From assembly GCA_046758505.1 (NCBI GenBank), contig JBHIAH010000001.1, forward strand, positions 64,001 to 128,000: 64,000 bases of DNA, in the 5' to 3' direction. Both the position numbers and the translations under genes were made by a program. A model generated the notes under the pieces. It was not told the origin of the DNA, made no database searches, and saw only the letters and a program-made list of their open reading frames with translations. Below, one piece after another: positions 1-9,582 of the stretch. How positions within the stretch are numbered: position 1 is the stretch's first letter; each line of letters opens with the position of its first letter. Origin of the DNA: Candidatus Methylomirabilales bacterium. GTDB taxonomy: Bacteria > Methylomirabilota > Methylomirabilia > Methylomirabilales > CSP1-5.

Positions 1-355
1 CCATCTGGCTATACCCGTCCTCCCCGATCCCGATCCCCGCGTGAGTCCCCACGATCTTTACGTTGGCGTGGTTGTACGCGAGCGAGACCCGGATCGTCTC
101 GAAACGTCCCGCTACAAAACTGGCAAACGTGCAGAGAAAGGGGATCCACCCCTCGAGGGCCAGGCCGGTCCCGATCCCGATCATGTTGGCCTCGGCCACC
201 CCGACGTTGAAGGATCGGTCAGGATATTTTTCCACGAACTTTACCGTGTTGGTCGACTTGGCCAGGTCGGCATTGATGACGACGACCCGATCGTTCTTAG
301 CCGCGACCTTGAGCAAGGCCTCGCCGAAGGCAACCCGTGTGGCCTTTCCCCCCAT
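1..355 (-). CDS. Transketolase, C-terminal (pyrimidine-binding) subunit, truncated by window edge
   Basis: Not in ORF track. Manual translation MGGKATRVAFGEALLKVAAKNDRVVVINADLAKST...FNVGVAEANMIG...GTHAGIGIGEDGYSQM; SD GAGGAG upstream; follows the N-terminal subunit gene. Confidence 0.92.
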   Translation of the reverse strand, partial: MGGKATRVAFGEALLKVAAKNDRVVVINADLAKSTNTVKFVEKYPDRSFNVGVAEANMIGIGTGLALEGWIPFLCTFASFVAGRFETIRVSLAYNHANVKIVGTHAGIGIGEDGYSQM

Positions 356-370
356 TGTCCACTCCTCGTA

Positions 371-633
371 GACCGATGACCGGTGTCCGACGACCGGCGA
401 CAGTGTAACCGGATCACGGTTCATAGTTCATGGTTCACGGCAAAAGCCGGATCCTGAATTTCCGAACCATGAACCGTTAACCATGAAACATGGGCTATTC
501 CCTATCAGCCGTGAACCCTCTAGCGTAAACTATGAACCGACTAGCCGTAACCTAGGTCCAATACCCAACACCTAATACCCGATACGCAATACCCTGATTG
601 CGGACGGCTGATTACTGACCGCTGATTGCGACT
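371..633. repeat. Mosaic of degenerate heptamer arrays (GACCGAT-, GGTTCAY/RTGAACC-, AATACCC-, TGATTGC-type)
   Basis: e.g. ggatcac ggttcat agttcat ggttcac (411-438) with complementary arm ccgaacc atgaacc gttaacc atgaaac (462-489); aataccc aacacct aataccc gatacgc aataccc (560-594). Confidence 0.88.
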
Positions 634-638
634 CCCCC

Positions 639-1487
639 TCAGAGGGGTGCGGCTAAGATTTCCTGAATGGCGCGCTCGCCCTGTTCCCGATTGGGTGCTT
701 TGCCGTGCCAGTCAGGATTGTTCTCCATGAAGGATACGCCCTTCCCCTTGACCGTGTCGGCGATGATGACGGTCGGCCTGCCCGTGACCGCTTCGGCTTG
801 CTCGAGTGCTTCCAGGACCGCGCGGATGTCGTGCCCATCGATATGGATGACATGCCAGCCGAAGGCCTCCCACTTGGCCCGGAAAGGTTCAAGGGCCAGG
901 GTCCGCTCGACAAAGTCGTCATTCTGGATCCCGTTCCGATCCACGACGGCGCATAGGTGGTCCAGTTCGTACTTCGGGGCGAGCATCGCCGCTTCCCAGA
1001 CCTGGCCGGCCTGGCACTCTCCGTCCCCGAGCAATGCGTAGACCCGGTACGTCTTCCGGGCCAATCGCCCCGCCAGCGCCATCCCAATGGCGATGGAGAG
1101 GCCCTGGCCCAGGGAGCCGGCGGCCGCCTCGACACCCGGGAGCCGCGCACCGGGCTCCCCCGGATACGGATGGCCCTGTAGGCGACTCCCCAGCTTCCGC
1201 AAGGTCAGGAGCTCCGCCGCCGGAAAGTACCCCGCCTTGGCCAATCCGGCGTACAGGACCGGGCAGCAATGGCCCTTGGAGAGGACAAAACGGTCCCGGT
1301 CGAGCCAGAAGGGATTATCGGCGCGGTGGCGCATCTTGTGGAAGAGGAGGGCGGTGACGATCTCGGTGGCGGAAAGGGACCCACCCGGATGCCCCGATCC
1401 GGCCTCGGTGAGCATCCGGATGATGTCGACCCGGATCTCTTGGGCGATCTTTTTCAGGTGCTGGATTTCGACGGTTGCCTGGGGCAT
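639..1487 (-). CDS. Transketolase, N-terminal (TPP-binding) subunit
   Basis: GSGHPGGSLS, DRFVLSKGH, LQGHP, GSLGQG, GDGE...N TPP motif, KGKGV, WHGK. Confidence 0.95.
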   Translation of the reverse strand: MPQATVEIQHLKKIAQEIRVDIIRMLTEAGSGHPGGSLSATEIVTALLFHKMRHRADNPFWLDRDRFVLSKGHCCPVLYAGLAKAGYFPAAELLTLRKLGSRLQGHPYPGEPGARLPGVEAAAGSLGQGLSIAIGMALAGRLARKTYRVYALLGDGECQAGQVWEAAMLAPKYELDHLCAVVDRNGIQNDDFVERTLALEPFRAKWEAFGWHVIHIDGHDIRAVLEALEQAEAVTGRPTVIIADTVKGKGVSFMENNPDWHGKAPNREQGERAIQEILAAPL

Positions 1488-1694
1488 GAGACCTCCGGAA
1501 AATCCGCTCCATTGTCTCCACGCGGGTGAGAGCTGTCAACAAAAATGAGAAGGAGGACCGCCCCAAGAGTGCCCGTCAGGCCAACGGCTGGGAACACGTT
1601 GCGAAGGGAATCGGGGACCGGGGGCGTACTTCCACCTCTTGCGAGGACTTGTACGATCTGGTACCCTAGATTCAAGAGCGAACGAGGAGGAACA

Positions 1695-2228
1695 ATGGCT
1701 ATCCTGAAAATTGCCCAAATGGGGAATCCGGTGCTCCGCCGCCGGGCCGAGCCGGTGCCGGTCCAGTCGATCAAGTCGCCGATTCTGCAGAAATTCATCG
1801 AGGACATGATCGAGACCATGCGCGAGTATAACGGCATCGGGTTGGCCGCGCCCCAGGTCCACGAATCGCTCCAGGTTCTGGTCATCGAGGCCCAGGAGAA
1901 CCCTCGCTATCCCCAGGCACCCAATATTCCCCTCACGATCCTCATCAATCCACGGGTGGAGCCTGTAAGCGACGAGGTGGAAGAGGACTGGGAAGGGTGC
2001 CTCAGCATCCCGGACATCCGTGGAAAGGTCCCCCGGCATCGCGAGGTGCGGGTCCGGGCCTACGATCGGGGGGGCAAAGAGCTCGACTTTTCTACCAAGG
2101 ATTTTTTCGCCCGGGTGATCCAGCATGAACACGATCACCTGCAGGGCATTCTCTTCCCGGACCGCATGCCGAAGCTCGATACGCTAACATTCATGCCCGA
2201 GTACCACCGGTACTGGGCAAACGAGTAA
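1695..2228 (+). CDS. def: Peptide deformylase
   Basis: GIGLAAPQV, EGCLS, QHEHDHLQG motifs; SD GAGGAGG before ATG 1695. Confidence 0.96.
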   Translation: MAILKIAQMGNPVLRRRAEPVPVQSIKSPILQKFIEDMIETMREYNGIGLAAPQVHESLQVLVIEAQENPRYPQAPNIPLTILINPRVEPVSDEVEEDWEGCLSIPDIRGKVPRHREVRVRAYDRGGKELDFSTKDFFARVIQHEHDHLQGILFPDRMPKLDTLTFMPEYHRYWANE

Positions 2229-2248
2229 CGGCGAAAAGGGAGCCTCCC

Positions 2249-2626
2249 GTGGGACAGGACGGCAAGACGATCCTGGCCTTCATTCCAGATCTCTTTTTTT
2301 CCACCAGGATTCGGGATACGGCAACACATCTGGGGCATCGGGCAACGCTCTCCCGCACGACGGATGATCTTATCCAGAAGGCGCAGGAGCTCTCTCCGGC
2401 CCTCCTGATTGTGGACCTGACCGCCGAGGGGATAAGCCTCGAAGGGCCACTGATGCATCTGCGAGCTGCAGCCGAGACCGTCCCCGTCCTCGCCTTCACC
2501 ACGCATGCCGCCTGGAAGCAGACGGCACCCCTGCACGGTCTCTGCAGCCAGGTGGTGACCAAAGAAGCCCTCGCCCGCGACCTTCCCGCGCTCCTGGGGA
2601 AGTACCTCGGCGGAGCGACCCCCTAA
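2249..2626 (+). CDS. Small CheY/receiver-like protein
   Basis: 125 aa alpha/beta pattern (ILAFIPDLFF...LLIVDL...VLAF); operonic between def and the GcvT-like gene. Confidence 0.6.
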   Translation: MGQDGKTILAFIPDLFFSTRIRDTATHLGHRATLSRTTDDLIQKAQELSPALLIVDLTAEGISLEGPLMHLRAAAETVPVLAFTTHAAWKQTAPLHGLCSQVVTKEALARDLPALLGKYLGGATP

Positions 2627-2641
2627 TCGGGGTAAGAAAGC

Positions 2642-3724
2642 ATGACACACCGAAGCCGCCTCTATGACCTCCATCAATCCCTCGGGGCCGCCTTTCGAGA
2701 CCAGGGCGGATGGGCGCTTCCCGATCGCTACCAGGACCCGGTCCAGGAACACCGCGCGGTTCGTGAAGCGGTGGGCGTGCTCGACCTTTCCTTCCGGACC
2801 CTGTATCGCGTCACCGGCGCCGACCGCACCCGGTTCCTGAACGGAATGCTCACCAATGACCTCAGCAAGCTCGAGGAGGGCCAGGGCTGCTACGCCTGCA
2901 TCCTGACCCCTCAGGGCAAGATCGTGGCTGACCTCGAGGTGTACGCCCTGCGCGACTGCCACCTTTTGGAGTTGGATGCTCGGTGGAAGGAGGGGGCGCT
3001 GGATCACCTGAACAAATATGTCATTGCCGACGACGTCACCTTCGAGGAGCTGGACCATTACACCCTGCTGGCCGTGCAAGGACCGGGGGCACCGATCCTC
3101 CTGGGACGCGTCCTGCCCGGCGCCAGCCTGCCGGGCGAGGAACAACGATGTGTCGAGGTGACCCTCGACAATCACGTCTGCCGGGTGATCCGGGCCTCGA
3201 TCACAGGAGAGGACGGATACAAGCTCGCAACTCCCCAAGACAGGGCCGAAGTCGTGTGGCAGACTTTTCAAGAGGGGGGCGCCACCCCGGCGGGGATGGC
3301 CGCGCTGAACAGCCTTCGGCTGGAGGCCGGCATTCCTTGGTTCGGCGTGGATTTTAACGAAGGAAACTTTCCCCAAGAGGCGGGGATTGAAGACAAGGCG
3401 GTCAGCTTCACCAAGGGATGCTACATTGGGCAGGAGTTCGTCATCCGGATCGCCCACCGGGGGCATGTCAACCGGCGGACCTCGGGGCTGACCATCGGGC
3501 ATGAACCGATCCCCCGCCCGGGGGACCGGGTCCTGCACGGGGACAAAGAGGTGGGGCACATTACCAGCGCCGCCCTCTCCCCCACCCTCGGAACGATTGT
3601 TGCCTTGGGGATGCTGCGGCGTGAGTCCCAGGAGCCGGGGACGGTCGTTCACGTCGAGAGCCAGGGAGAGCGTCGCCCCGCCGAAGTCACCCCCCTCCCC
3701 TTCTACCGCCGCCACGCCGGGTGA
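2642..3724 (+). CDS. GcvT/YgfZ-family folate-binding aminomethyltransferase-like protein
   Basis: GcvT-like N-terminus (EHRAVREAVGVLDLS), LRLEAG, KGCYIGQE signature. Confidence 0.9.
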   Translation: MTHRSRLYDLHQSLGAAFRDQGGWALPDRYQDPVQEHRAVREAVGVLDLSFRTLYRVTGADRTRFLNGMLTNDLSKLEEGQGCYACILTPQGKIVADLEVYALRDCHLLELDARWKEGALDHLNKYVIADDVTFEELDHYTLLAVQGPGAPILLGRVLPGASLPGEEQRCVEVTLDNHVCRVIRASITGEDGYKLATPQDRAEVVWQTFQEGGATPAGMAALNSLRLEAGIPWFGVDFNEGNFPQEAGIEDKAVSFTKGCYIGQEFVIRIAHRGHVNRRTSGLTIGHEPIPRPGDRVLHGDKEVGHITSAALSPTLGTIVALGMLRRESQEPGTVVHVESQGERRPAEVTPLPFYRRHAG

Positions 3725-3853
3725 CGGAGGGAGATGACCGCCGACCGCTGATTGTTTTCTTGCGGGGTGGTGTGGCACTCACGGCAGAGTCCAAAAGCAA
3801 CGAACGTCGGCCCGCCGGAAGTATCATCTGGACACAGGAGGGTAAAGATCACG

Positions 3854-4171
3854 ATGCTCTACTACATGGTTGAATTTGATCCCCGGCCCGGCGTCAACCG
3901 GACGCAGGTCACCCAGGCCTACCGGAAATTCGTCCATCACTTTCAGGGGACTTTCCCCACGATCAAGTTCATCGGCTTTTTTGCCCGGGATATTCTCCTC
4001 GGTTCACGTCCCCAGTATTTTGCCCTGTGGGAGGTCCCGAATTACGCCACCCTCGACGCCTGGAAGCGGGCTTTCTCTGCCGACAAGGAGGGTCGGAATG
4101 TCAGCAATGAGCTCAACGAGCTCGGCATGAACTGGGATGCCAAGATGGTGTCCAAAATCAACTTGGAATAA
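3854..4171 (+). CDS. Hypothetical protein, probable ferredoxin-like (dimeric alpha/beta barrel) fold
   Basis: MLYYMVEFD... 105 aa; SD GGAGG upstream; WEVPNYATLDAW pattern. Confidence 0.65.
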   Translation: MLYYMVEFDPRPGVNRTQVTQAYRKFVHHFQGTFPTIKFIGFFARDILLGSRPQYFALWEVPNYATLDAWKRAFSADKEGRNVSNELNELGMNWDAKMVSKINLE

Positions 4172-4317
4172 GCCGTCAGCGGTCCGCTGTCAGCAGTCAG
4201 CAGAACACGTGCTAACAACTGCCAGCCGTGAGCGTCTAAGAGTTGAAGGCTGATTGCTGGCAGCTGAATGCTGATGGCTCAGGAGCGGCGTTTGCCGACG
4301 GCCGACTGCTGACAGCC
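4172..4317. repeat. GTCAGCN heptamer array with complementary GCTGAY arm
   Basis: cgtcagc ggtccgc tgtcagc agtcagc ... gctgatt gctggca gctgaat gctgatg ... gccgacg gccgact gctgaca. Confidence 0.82.
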
Positions 4318-4333
4318 AAGTGAGAGGTGACTC

Positions 4334-5314
4334 ATGAATTATCTCCGGAAATCAGACTGGGCGATTCCGGAACGAGATGCAACGCCCGAGTCGCTTTTCT
4401 TTAGCCGCCGGCGCTTCCTGATGGGTACGTTCGGGGTGCTGGCAGGCGGCATCGGAGGAGGAAACGCGCTTGCTGCCGCCGCCGAAAAGACGTCCAAGGC
4501 GCCAAAGGACCGAACCCTTGGCCTGTACCCCGCGGCGAGGAATCCGCGTTTCACGCTGGATCGACCGCTGACGGAAAAATCCGTTGCCGCCACCTACAAC
4601 AACTATTATGAGTTCGGAAGTGGCAAGACGGTCCACGTGCTTTGCCAGCGCCTGAGGACGCGACCCTGGCAGGTGCGCGTCACAGGCCTCGTTCGAAAGC
4701 CCCGCGTGTTCGACATCGACGCCCTGATCCGCTCCATGCCGCTTGAGGAGCGCCTCTACCGCTTCCGATGCGTCGAGGCGTGGGCGATGGCGGTCCCCTG
4801 GACCGGCTTCCCGTTCTCGGCCCTCATGAAGGTCGTCGAACCCACGAGCGAAGCGCGGTTCGTGAAGCTCACGACGTTCCTCGACCGCTCGGTGGCGTAC
4901 GGCCAGCTCCGGTTCTGGTATCCATGGCCGTACGTGGAAGGATTGACCATGGAAGAGGCGATGAACGAACTTGCCATCCTGGCCACCGGCATTTACGGGA
5001 AGCCGTTGCCCAAGCAGCACGGGGCGCCCCTGCGCCTGGTGGTCCCTTGGAAGTACGGCTTCAAGAACATCAAGTCCATCGTTGCGATCGAGTTTGTCAA
5101 GGAGCGTCCGAAGAGTTTTTGGGAAATTCTGGGTCCCGACGAGTACGGTTTCTGGGCCAACGTGAACCCCGAGTTCCCCCACCCGCGGTGGTCCCAGGCG
5201 ACCGAGCGTATGATCGGCACGGATGAGCGGCGCCCCACCCAGATCTTCAACGGGTACGGCAAGTGGGTCGCGTCCCTGTACCCGAACGTCACCGACCGCC
5301 GCTATTTTATGTAA
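4334..5314 (+). CDS. msrP: Protein-methionine-sulfoxide reductase catalytic subunit (Mo-MPT, Tat-exported)
   Basis: SRRRFL twin-arginine signal, YNNYYEFG, RFRCVEAW, GAPLRLVVPWKYGFK, YGFWANVNP...HPRWSQA. Confidence 0.95.
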   Translation: MNYLRKSDWAIPERDATPESLFFSRRRFLMGTFGVLAGGIGGGNALAAAAEKTSKAPKDRTLGLYPAARNPRFTLDRPLTEKSVAATYNNYYEFGSGKTVHVLCQRLRTRPWQVRVTGLVRKPRVFDIDALIRSMPLEERLYRFRCVEAWAMAVPWTGFPFSALMKVVEPTSEARFVKLTTFLDRSVAYGQLRFWYPWPYVEGLTMEEAMNELAILATGIYGKPLPKQHGAPLRLVVPWKYGFKNIKSIVAIEFVKERPKSFWEILGPDEYGFWANVNPEFPHPRWSQATERMIGTDERRPTQIFNGYGKWVASLYPNVTDRRYFM

Positions 5315-5323
5315 ACCCGCCGC

Positions 5324-5387
5324 AGTCAGCCGTCAGCTATCAGCCATCAGCACAACCGTGATAGCCGCCAGCGGTCACCCATCGGCA
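5324..5387. repeat. NTCAGC heptamer array
   Basis: agtcagc cgtcagc tatcagc catcagc ... cgccagc ggtcacc catcggc. Confidence 0.75.
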
Positions 5388-5679
5388 GGGCCGGGGCGAG
5401 TCGGCCCTCGCTTCGCCTGATGAGGCTGGACGGGCTCTTCGGCTGTTGGCGCCGGTGCTGAACTGGAACATGAGTCAAGCGGAGACTTGACCCCTTTGCG
5501 TGACCCCTTTGCGCCCCCTTTGCGATGATGCGGTAGCCCGGTCGCAAACACGCCGCGACGACCCACCATGCGCCACTGGTTAGAAATCGTAATGTAAAAT
5601 TCTTACGATATCAAAGTCTGGCCGCGAATTTCCCACCCAGTTTGGCCCCCACCGGGGGCATGGGAGACGAAGGAGTGGG

Positions 5680-6330
5680 TCATCGCGCTCCCTTCCGCGC
5701 GGCCGGTTCTGCCAGCAGAGCCTCGATGAGCGCCCGGACCTGGGCGGTGCTCCAATCTCGGGGTCCAATGGCCAGAGCGACAGCCCGTCCGTCCCGGCCG
5801 ATCAGGAAGGTGGTCGGCAGGCCGATAACTCCGTACGACACCTGGATCGCTCCGCTCGGGTCCAAGACAAGAGGAAAGGTCAGGCCCAGTTCCCTGGCAT
5901 ACTGCTGGATGGCCCGTCTCCCCTCGCGGACGTTAATCCCCAGGACCGTGAAGCCCTGCACTGCGAGCTCACGGTGCAGTTGCTCGAACATCGGCATCTC
6001 GGGCCGGCACTCCTGGCACCAGGTGGCCCAGAAGGTCAGGAGGACGACTCTCCCCTGCAGCCCAGCCAGCGAAACCGTCTCGCCTTCCGCAGTGCGGCCA
6101 CCGAAGTCAGGAGGTTTCGTGCCGGGAGGATAGCCGGATAGGTTGAGGGTCCCCAGCAGGTCCGTTGCAGCCGGCTGGCCTACCGCCGGAGTGCTGAGAA
6201 TGGCCACAAGGGCAACGAGCACCCACGCCAGCACATGTCTCCCAGGCGGCACCGGCAGATACCGCTCCCTTCTTTCCGTCACCGGCTCGCCGAGCTGCCA
6301 CATCGCCAGATCGCGCATGACCCTGCCCAT
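5680..6330 (-). CDS. TlpA/ResA-family thiol-disulfide oxidoreductase (CxxC), exported or membrane-anchored; start uncertain
   Basis: FWATWCQECRPEMP, GLPTTFLI cis-Pro loop, hydrophobic N-terminal segment. Confidence 0.88.
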   Translation of the reverse strand: MGRVMRDLAMWQLGEPVTERRERYLPVPPGRHVLAWVLVALVAILSTPAVGQPAATDLLGTLNLSGYPPGTKPPDFGGRTAEGETVSLAGLQGRVVLLTFWATWCQECRPEMPMFEQLHRELAVQGFTVLGINVREGRRAIQQYARELGLTFPLVLDPSGAIQVSYGVIGLPTTFLIGRDGRAVALAIGPRDWSTAQVRALIEALLAEPAARKGAR

Positions 6331-6365
6331 CCCCTTCGCCTCGGCGTTCCGGTCGCAAGCACCCC

Positions 6366-6929
6366 TTAGGGCTTTCCCGCGATTTCCCGGACCGCCTTCA
6401 GGATCGGTTCGGCGGGAAAGACTTCCTTGATCGAGGGGACCCACTTCCCCCGGACGATCCCCTGTTTATCTATGAGGAAGAACGACCGCCGTGAAAACTC
6501 TCGCCCTGGGTTTCCGAGACGCTGGACGACGCCGTAACTATGAATGACCTTCAGGTTCGGATGGTCGCTGAGGACCGGGTACGGCAGCTTGAGGGACTCC
6601 GCAAACGTCTTCTGTGCAAACTTGTTGTCCGCGTTGATCCCGAGAATCTGGACGTTCAGGTCCTGGAACTTCTGGTAGTTGACCTTCCTGGTCAACAGGT
6701 TCTTCGCTCACGTCGGGCCGAAAACGGCGACGAAGAACTCGACAAGGACAAGCTTCTTCCCCCGGAACTCGCTCAGGCTGACCTTCCCTCCGGTCGTGCT
6801 GGGGAGCGTGAAGTCCGGCGCCTGCTCACCGACCTCTAGTGCCGTGGCCACACCGGGTAGACTCAGCACGCCGGCCAGCAGCACGCCTAACAGAAACAGG
6901 CTTCTCGTTTGTTTTGTTGGCATACTCAT
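6366..6929 (-). CDS. Secreted peroxiredoxin-like (AhpC/TSA) selenoprotein, Sec at TGA 6708-6710
   Basis: Track ORFs 6708-6947 and 6366-6695 form one frame: ...VGEQAPDFTL...VEFFVAVFGPT-U-AKNLLTRKVNYQKFQDLNVQILGINAD...LPYPVLSD...SRRSFFLIDKQGIVR. TGA aligns with the peroxidatic Cys; signal peptide; SD AAAGGAG. Confidence 0.88.
6678..6696 (-). promoter_or_regulatory. Candidate bacterial SECIS hairpin of the peroxiredoxin gene
   Basis: UGA + 11 nt + GUUGACC-AGGAA-GGUCAAC (perfect 7-bp stem, G-containing loop). Confidence 0.8.
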
Positions 6930-7494
6930 CTGTCCATCTCCTTTCATTAAAGGACAACGCCTTTACAACCTCAGATACAGGTTCCCCTGCGTTTTGCCTC
7001 CGTGGCTATCTGGCCACCTCCTCTCTGCAACGCACAACGCATTCACAACCTCCCCGGGCCTCGTCCCGGTTCCCTCGCCGATGGTCCGGCGGAAATGCGG
7101 ACGAGCCGATCGGCTCGATATAACACCTCCGGCGCGACCGTGACCCCACGGCCAAAGGTCGTAATGGCTTGCGCCTCGGGCCACATCCTGCCAGAAGCTC
7201 ATCGACCCTGGACCGCCTGGAGGAGGACCATCTTTACCGGTGAGGCGCCCCGCGGTAATTCAGTTCTCTGCTTGGTTCCCTTCTCAAAAGGAAAACGCCC
7301 TCCGGGCCGTGCTTCGCCCGAGAAGGCGTCTGGGTGCTTGGTGCGCCAACGATTGTGCCCTAGGTGGGCTAAGGACTGTGCCTATCCCGGTTCCATTAGT
7401 AGTACCCGGTGGCAGCTAAGGGTTGATAGCTGAGTGATCTCTTTACCGACCAACCATGCCACGACCCAAGGATCGCTACGAGAGCCAAGATACT

Positions 7495-7530
7495 ATGACT
7501 TAGGTCAGACGTTTGTCTGATCTAAATCAT
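7495..7530. promoter_or_regulatory. AT-rich 16-bp inverted repeat, candidate operator
   Basis: ATGACTTAGGTCAGAC-gttt-GTCTGATCTAAATCAT, 14/16 complementary. Confidence 0.5.
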
Positions 7531-7662
7531 CCTATATCCAAAGGGCGTACCCCCCGTCAAGCCCAAACTGAGGGGGAAAGGGGGACGTTCTACCTTTTCG
7601 TTCGCAAATACGCTCGTTCTGAATCTTGTCTAACCTGAGACGATTCCCGTCGGTGCAGCTTG

Positions 7663-9000
7663 TCAGAGGCGGATGGCGACGTAGCGGACGAGGAAGAGGG
7701 CGGCGAAGAGATAGAGGGGCCAGGGGATGCGGTGCCACTGGCGCGACACGATCTTTAGAAAGACGAACGCGATAAAACCGAAAGCGATCCCCTCCGTGAT
7801 GCTGAAGGTGAGCGGCATCATGATCATCGTGAGAAAGGCCGGAATCGCCTCGCTGTAATCGCTCCAGGGAATCTCTCGCACATTTTTCACCATCATGCTC
7901 CCCACCAGAATCAGGGCCGGAGCGGTGACGGGATAGAGGACCGTCCCAGCCGGCGTCTGATGCCCTCCCCCGACCATCCGGACGAGCGGGAAAAAGAAGA
8001 GCGAGGCCAGAAAGAGGGCCGCGGTGACGATATTCGCGAGGCCCGACCGTCCCCCGGCGGCGACGCCCGCCGCACTTTCGATGTAGCTTGTGACGGTGGA
8101 CGTCCCGAGCAGCCCCCCGCCCACGGTCCCCATGGCATCCGCCAAGAGGGCCCCTTTCGCCCTGGGAAGCGTGCCGTCCTTCAGAAAGCCCGCCTGCTGG
8201 CTCACCCCGATCAACGTCCCCACGGTGTCGAAGAGGTCCAACAGGAAGAAGACAAAGATGACGGTCACCAGTCCCAGTTGGAAGGCCCCGGCAATATCCA
8301 ACTGGAGGAACGTGGGGGCAAGCGAGGGGGGGAGGCTCACCAGCCCCTGGTACCGGATCAACCCCGCGGCGAGTCCGACCAGTGTCGACGCCCCCATCCC
8401 CCACAGGATCGCGCCCTTGACCCCCAACACCAACAAGACCGAGATCGTCCCTATGCCGAACAGGGCCAGCAGCACTGGCGGATTCTTCAGGTTGCCCAAG
8501 CCAACGAGGGTCCCGGGAGCGTCCACCACGATCCCGGACCACTCCAGACCGACAAGGGCGATCAACAGGCCGATGCCGACTGCGATCGCCTGCTTGAGCG
8601 AGTCCGGCACGGCATGGATAACCGCCTCTCGCAAACCGAAACATGAAAGGAAAACAAATATGCTCCCGGAGATGAAGACCGCCCCCAGGGCCACCTGCCA
8701 CGGCACCTTCATCCCCAGCACGACCGTATATGCAAAGAAGAAGTTGTGGCCCATGGCGGGCGCCAGGGCGATGGGATAGTTGGCGAAGAAGGCCATCAAA
8801 ATAGTCGCCAGCGCGCTGGAGAGGCAGGTGGCGACCAGGACGGCGCCGAAATCCATCCCCGCGGCCTGCAGCACGGTCGGCTGGACCACGATGATGTACG
8901 CCATGGTCATGAAGGTGGTGGCGCCTGCGAGGACTTCGGTGCGGACGTCGGTGCCCAGCTCGGCGAGCTTGAACCAGTGTTCGAGCATCCCCTTTCCCAC
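7663..9000 (-). CDS. NCS2/AzgA-type purine (guanine/hypoxanthine/adenine) permease
   Basis: TEVLAGATTFMTMAYII, PIALAPAMG, DLFDTVGT, TSYIESAAGVAAGGRSGL; many TM helices. Confidence 0.94.
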   Translation of the reverse strand: MGKGMLEHWFKLAELGTDVRTEVLAGATTFMTMAYIIVVQPTVLQAAGMDFGAVLVATCLSSALATILMAFFANYPIALAPAMGHNFFFAYTVVLGMKVPWQVALGAVFISGSIFVFLSCFGLREAVIHAVPDSLKQAIAVGIGLLIALVGLEWSGIVVDAPGTLVGLGNLKNPPVLLALFGIGTISVLLVLGVKGAILWGMGASTLVGLAAGLIRYQGLVSLPPSLAPTFLQLDIAGAFQLGLVTVIFVFFLLDLFDTVGTLIGVSQQAGFLKDGTLPRAKGALLADAMGTVGGGLLGTSTVTSYIESAAGVAAGGRSGLANIVTAALFLASLFFFPLVRMVGGGHQTPAGTVLYPVTAPALILVGSMMVKNVREIPWSDYSEAIPAFLTMIMMPLTFSITEGIAFGFIAFVFLKIVSRQWHRIPWPLYLFAALFLVRYVAIRL

Positions 9001-9017
9001 TCGCAGCAGCGAAGTCG

Positions 9018-9431
<414 letters not shown>

Positions 9432-9582
9432 TCACGCGCCTCCCCCCGCGCTTCCAACTGCTGGCGCAGGATTTCCTCTCGACCACAGCACCGAATGGCA
9501 CCCATCCGGGCTGCGCGGTCCCTCGCGAGGCCGTTGGAGCCGGGCGAGTACCGGTTCCTCGGTTTCCGTAGATTGTGCCGTC

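Noticed and set aside
3773..3790. Second sigma54 promoter (TGGCAC)
   Set aside because: No TTGC/GC at the required -12 spacing.
6366..6947. Two small genes or a pseudogene (also 10692-11147 and 57693-58385)
   Set aside because: In each case the halves are in frame, the TGA is at the catalytic Cys and a hairpin follows; Sec recoding is more parsimonious.
6950..7490. Small ORFs 6963-7202 and 7002-7433
   Set aside because: No SD, motif or codon-bias support.
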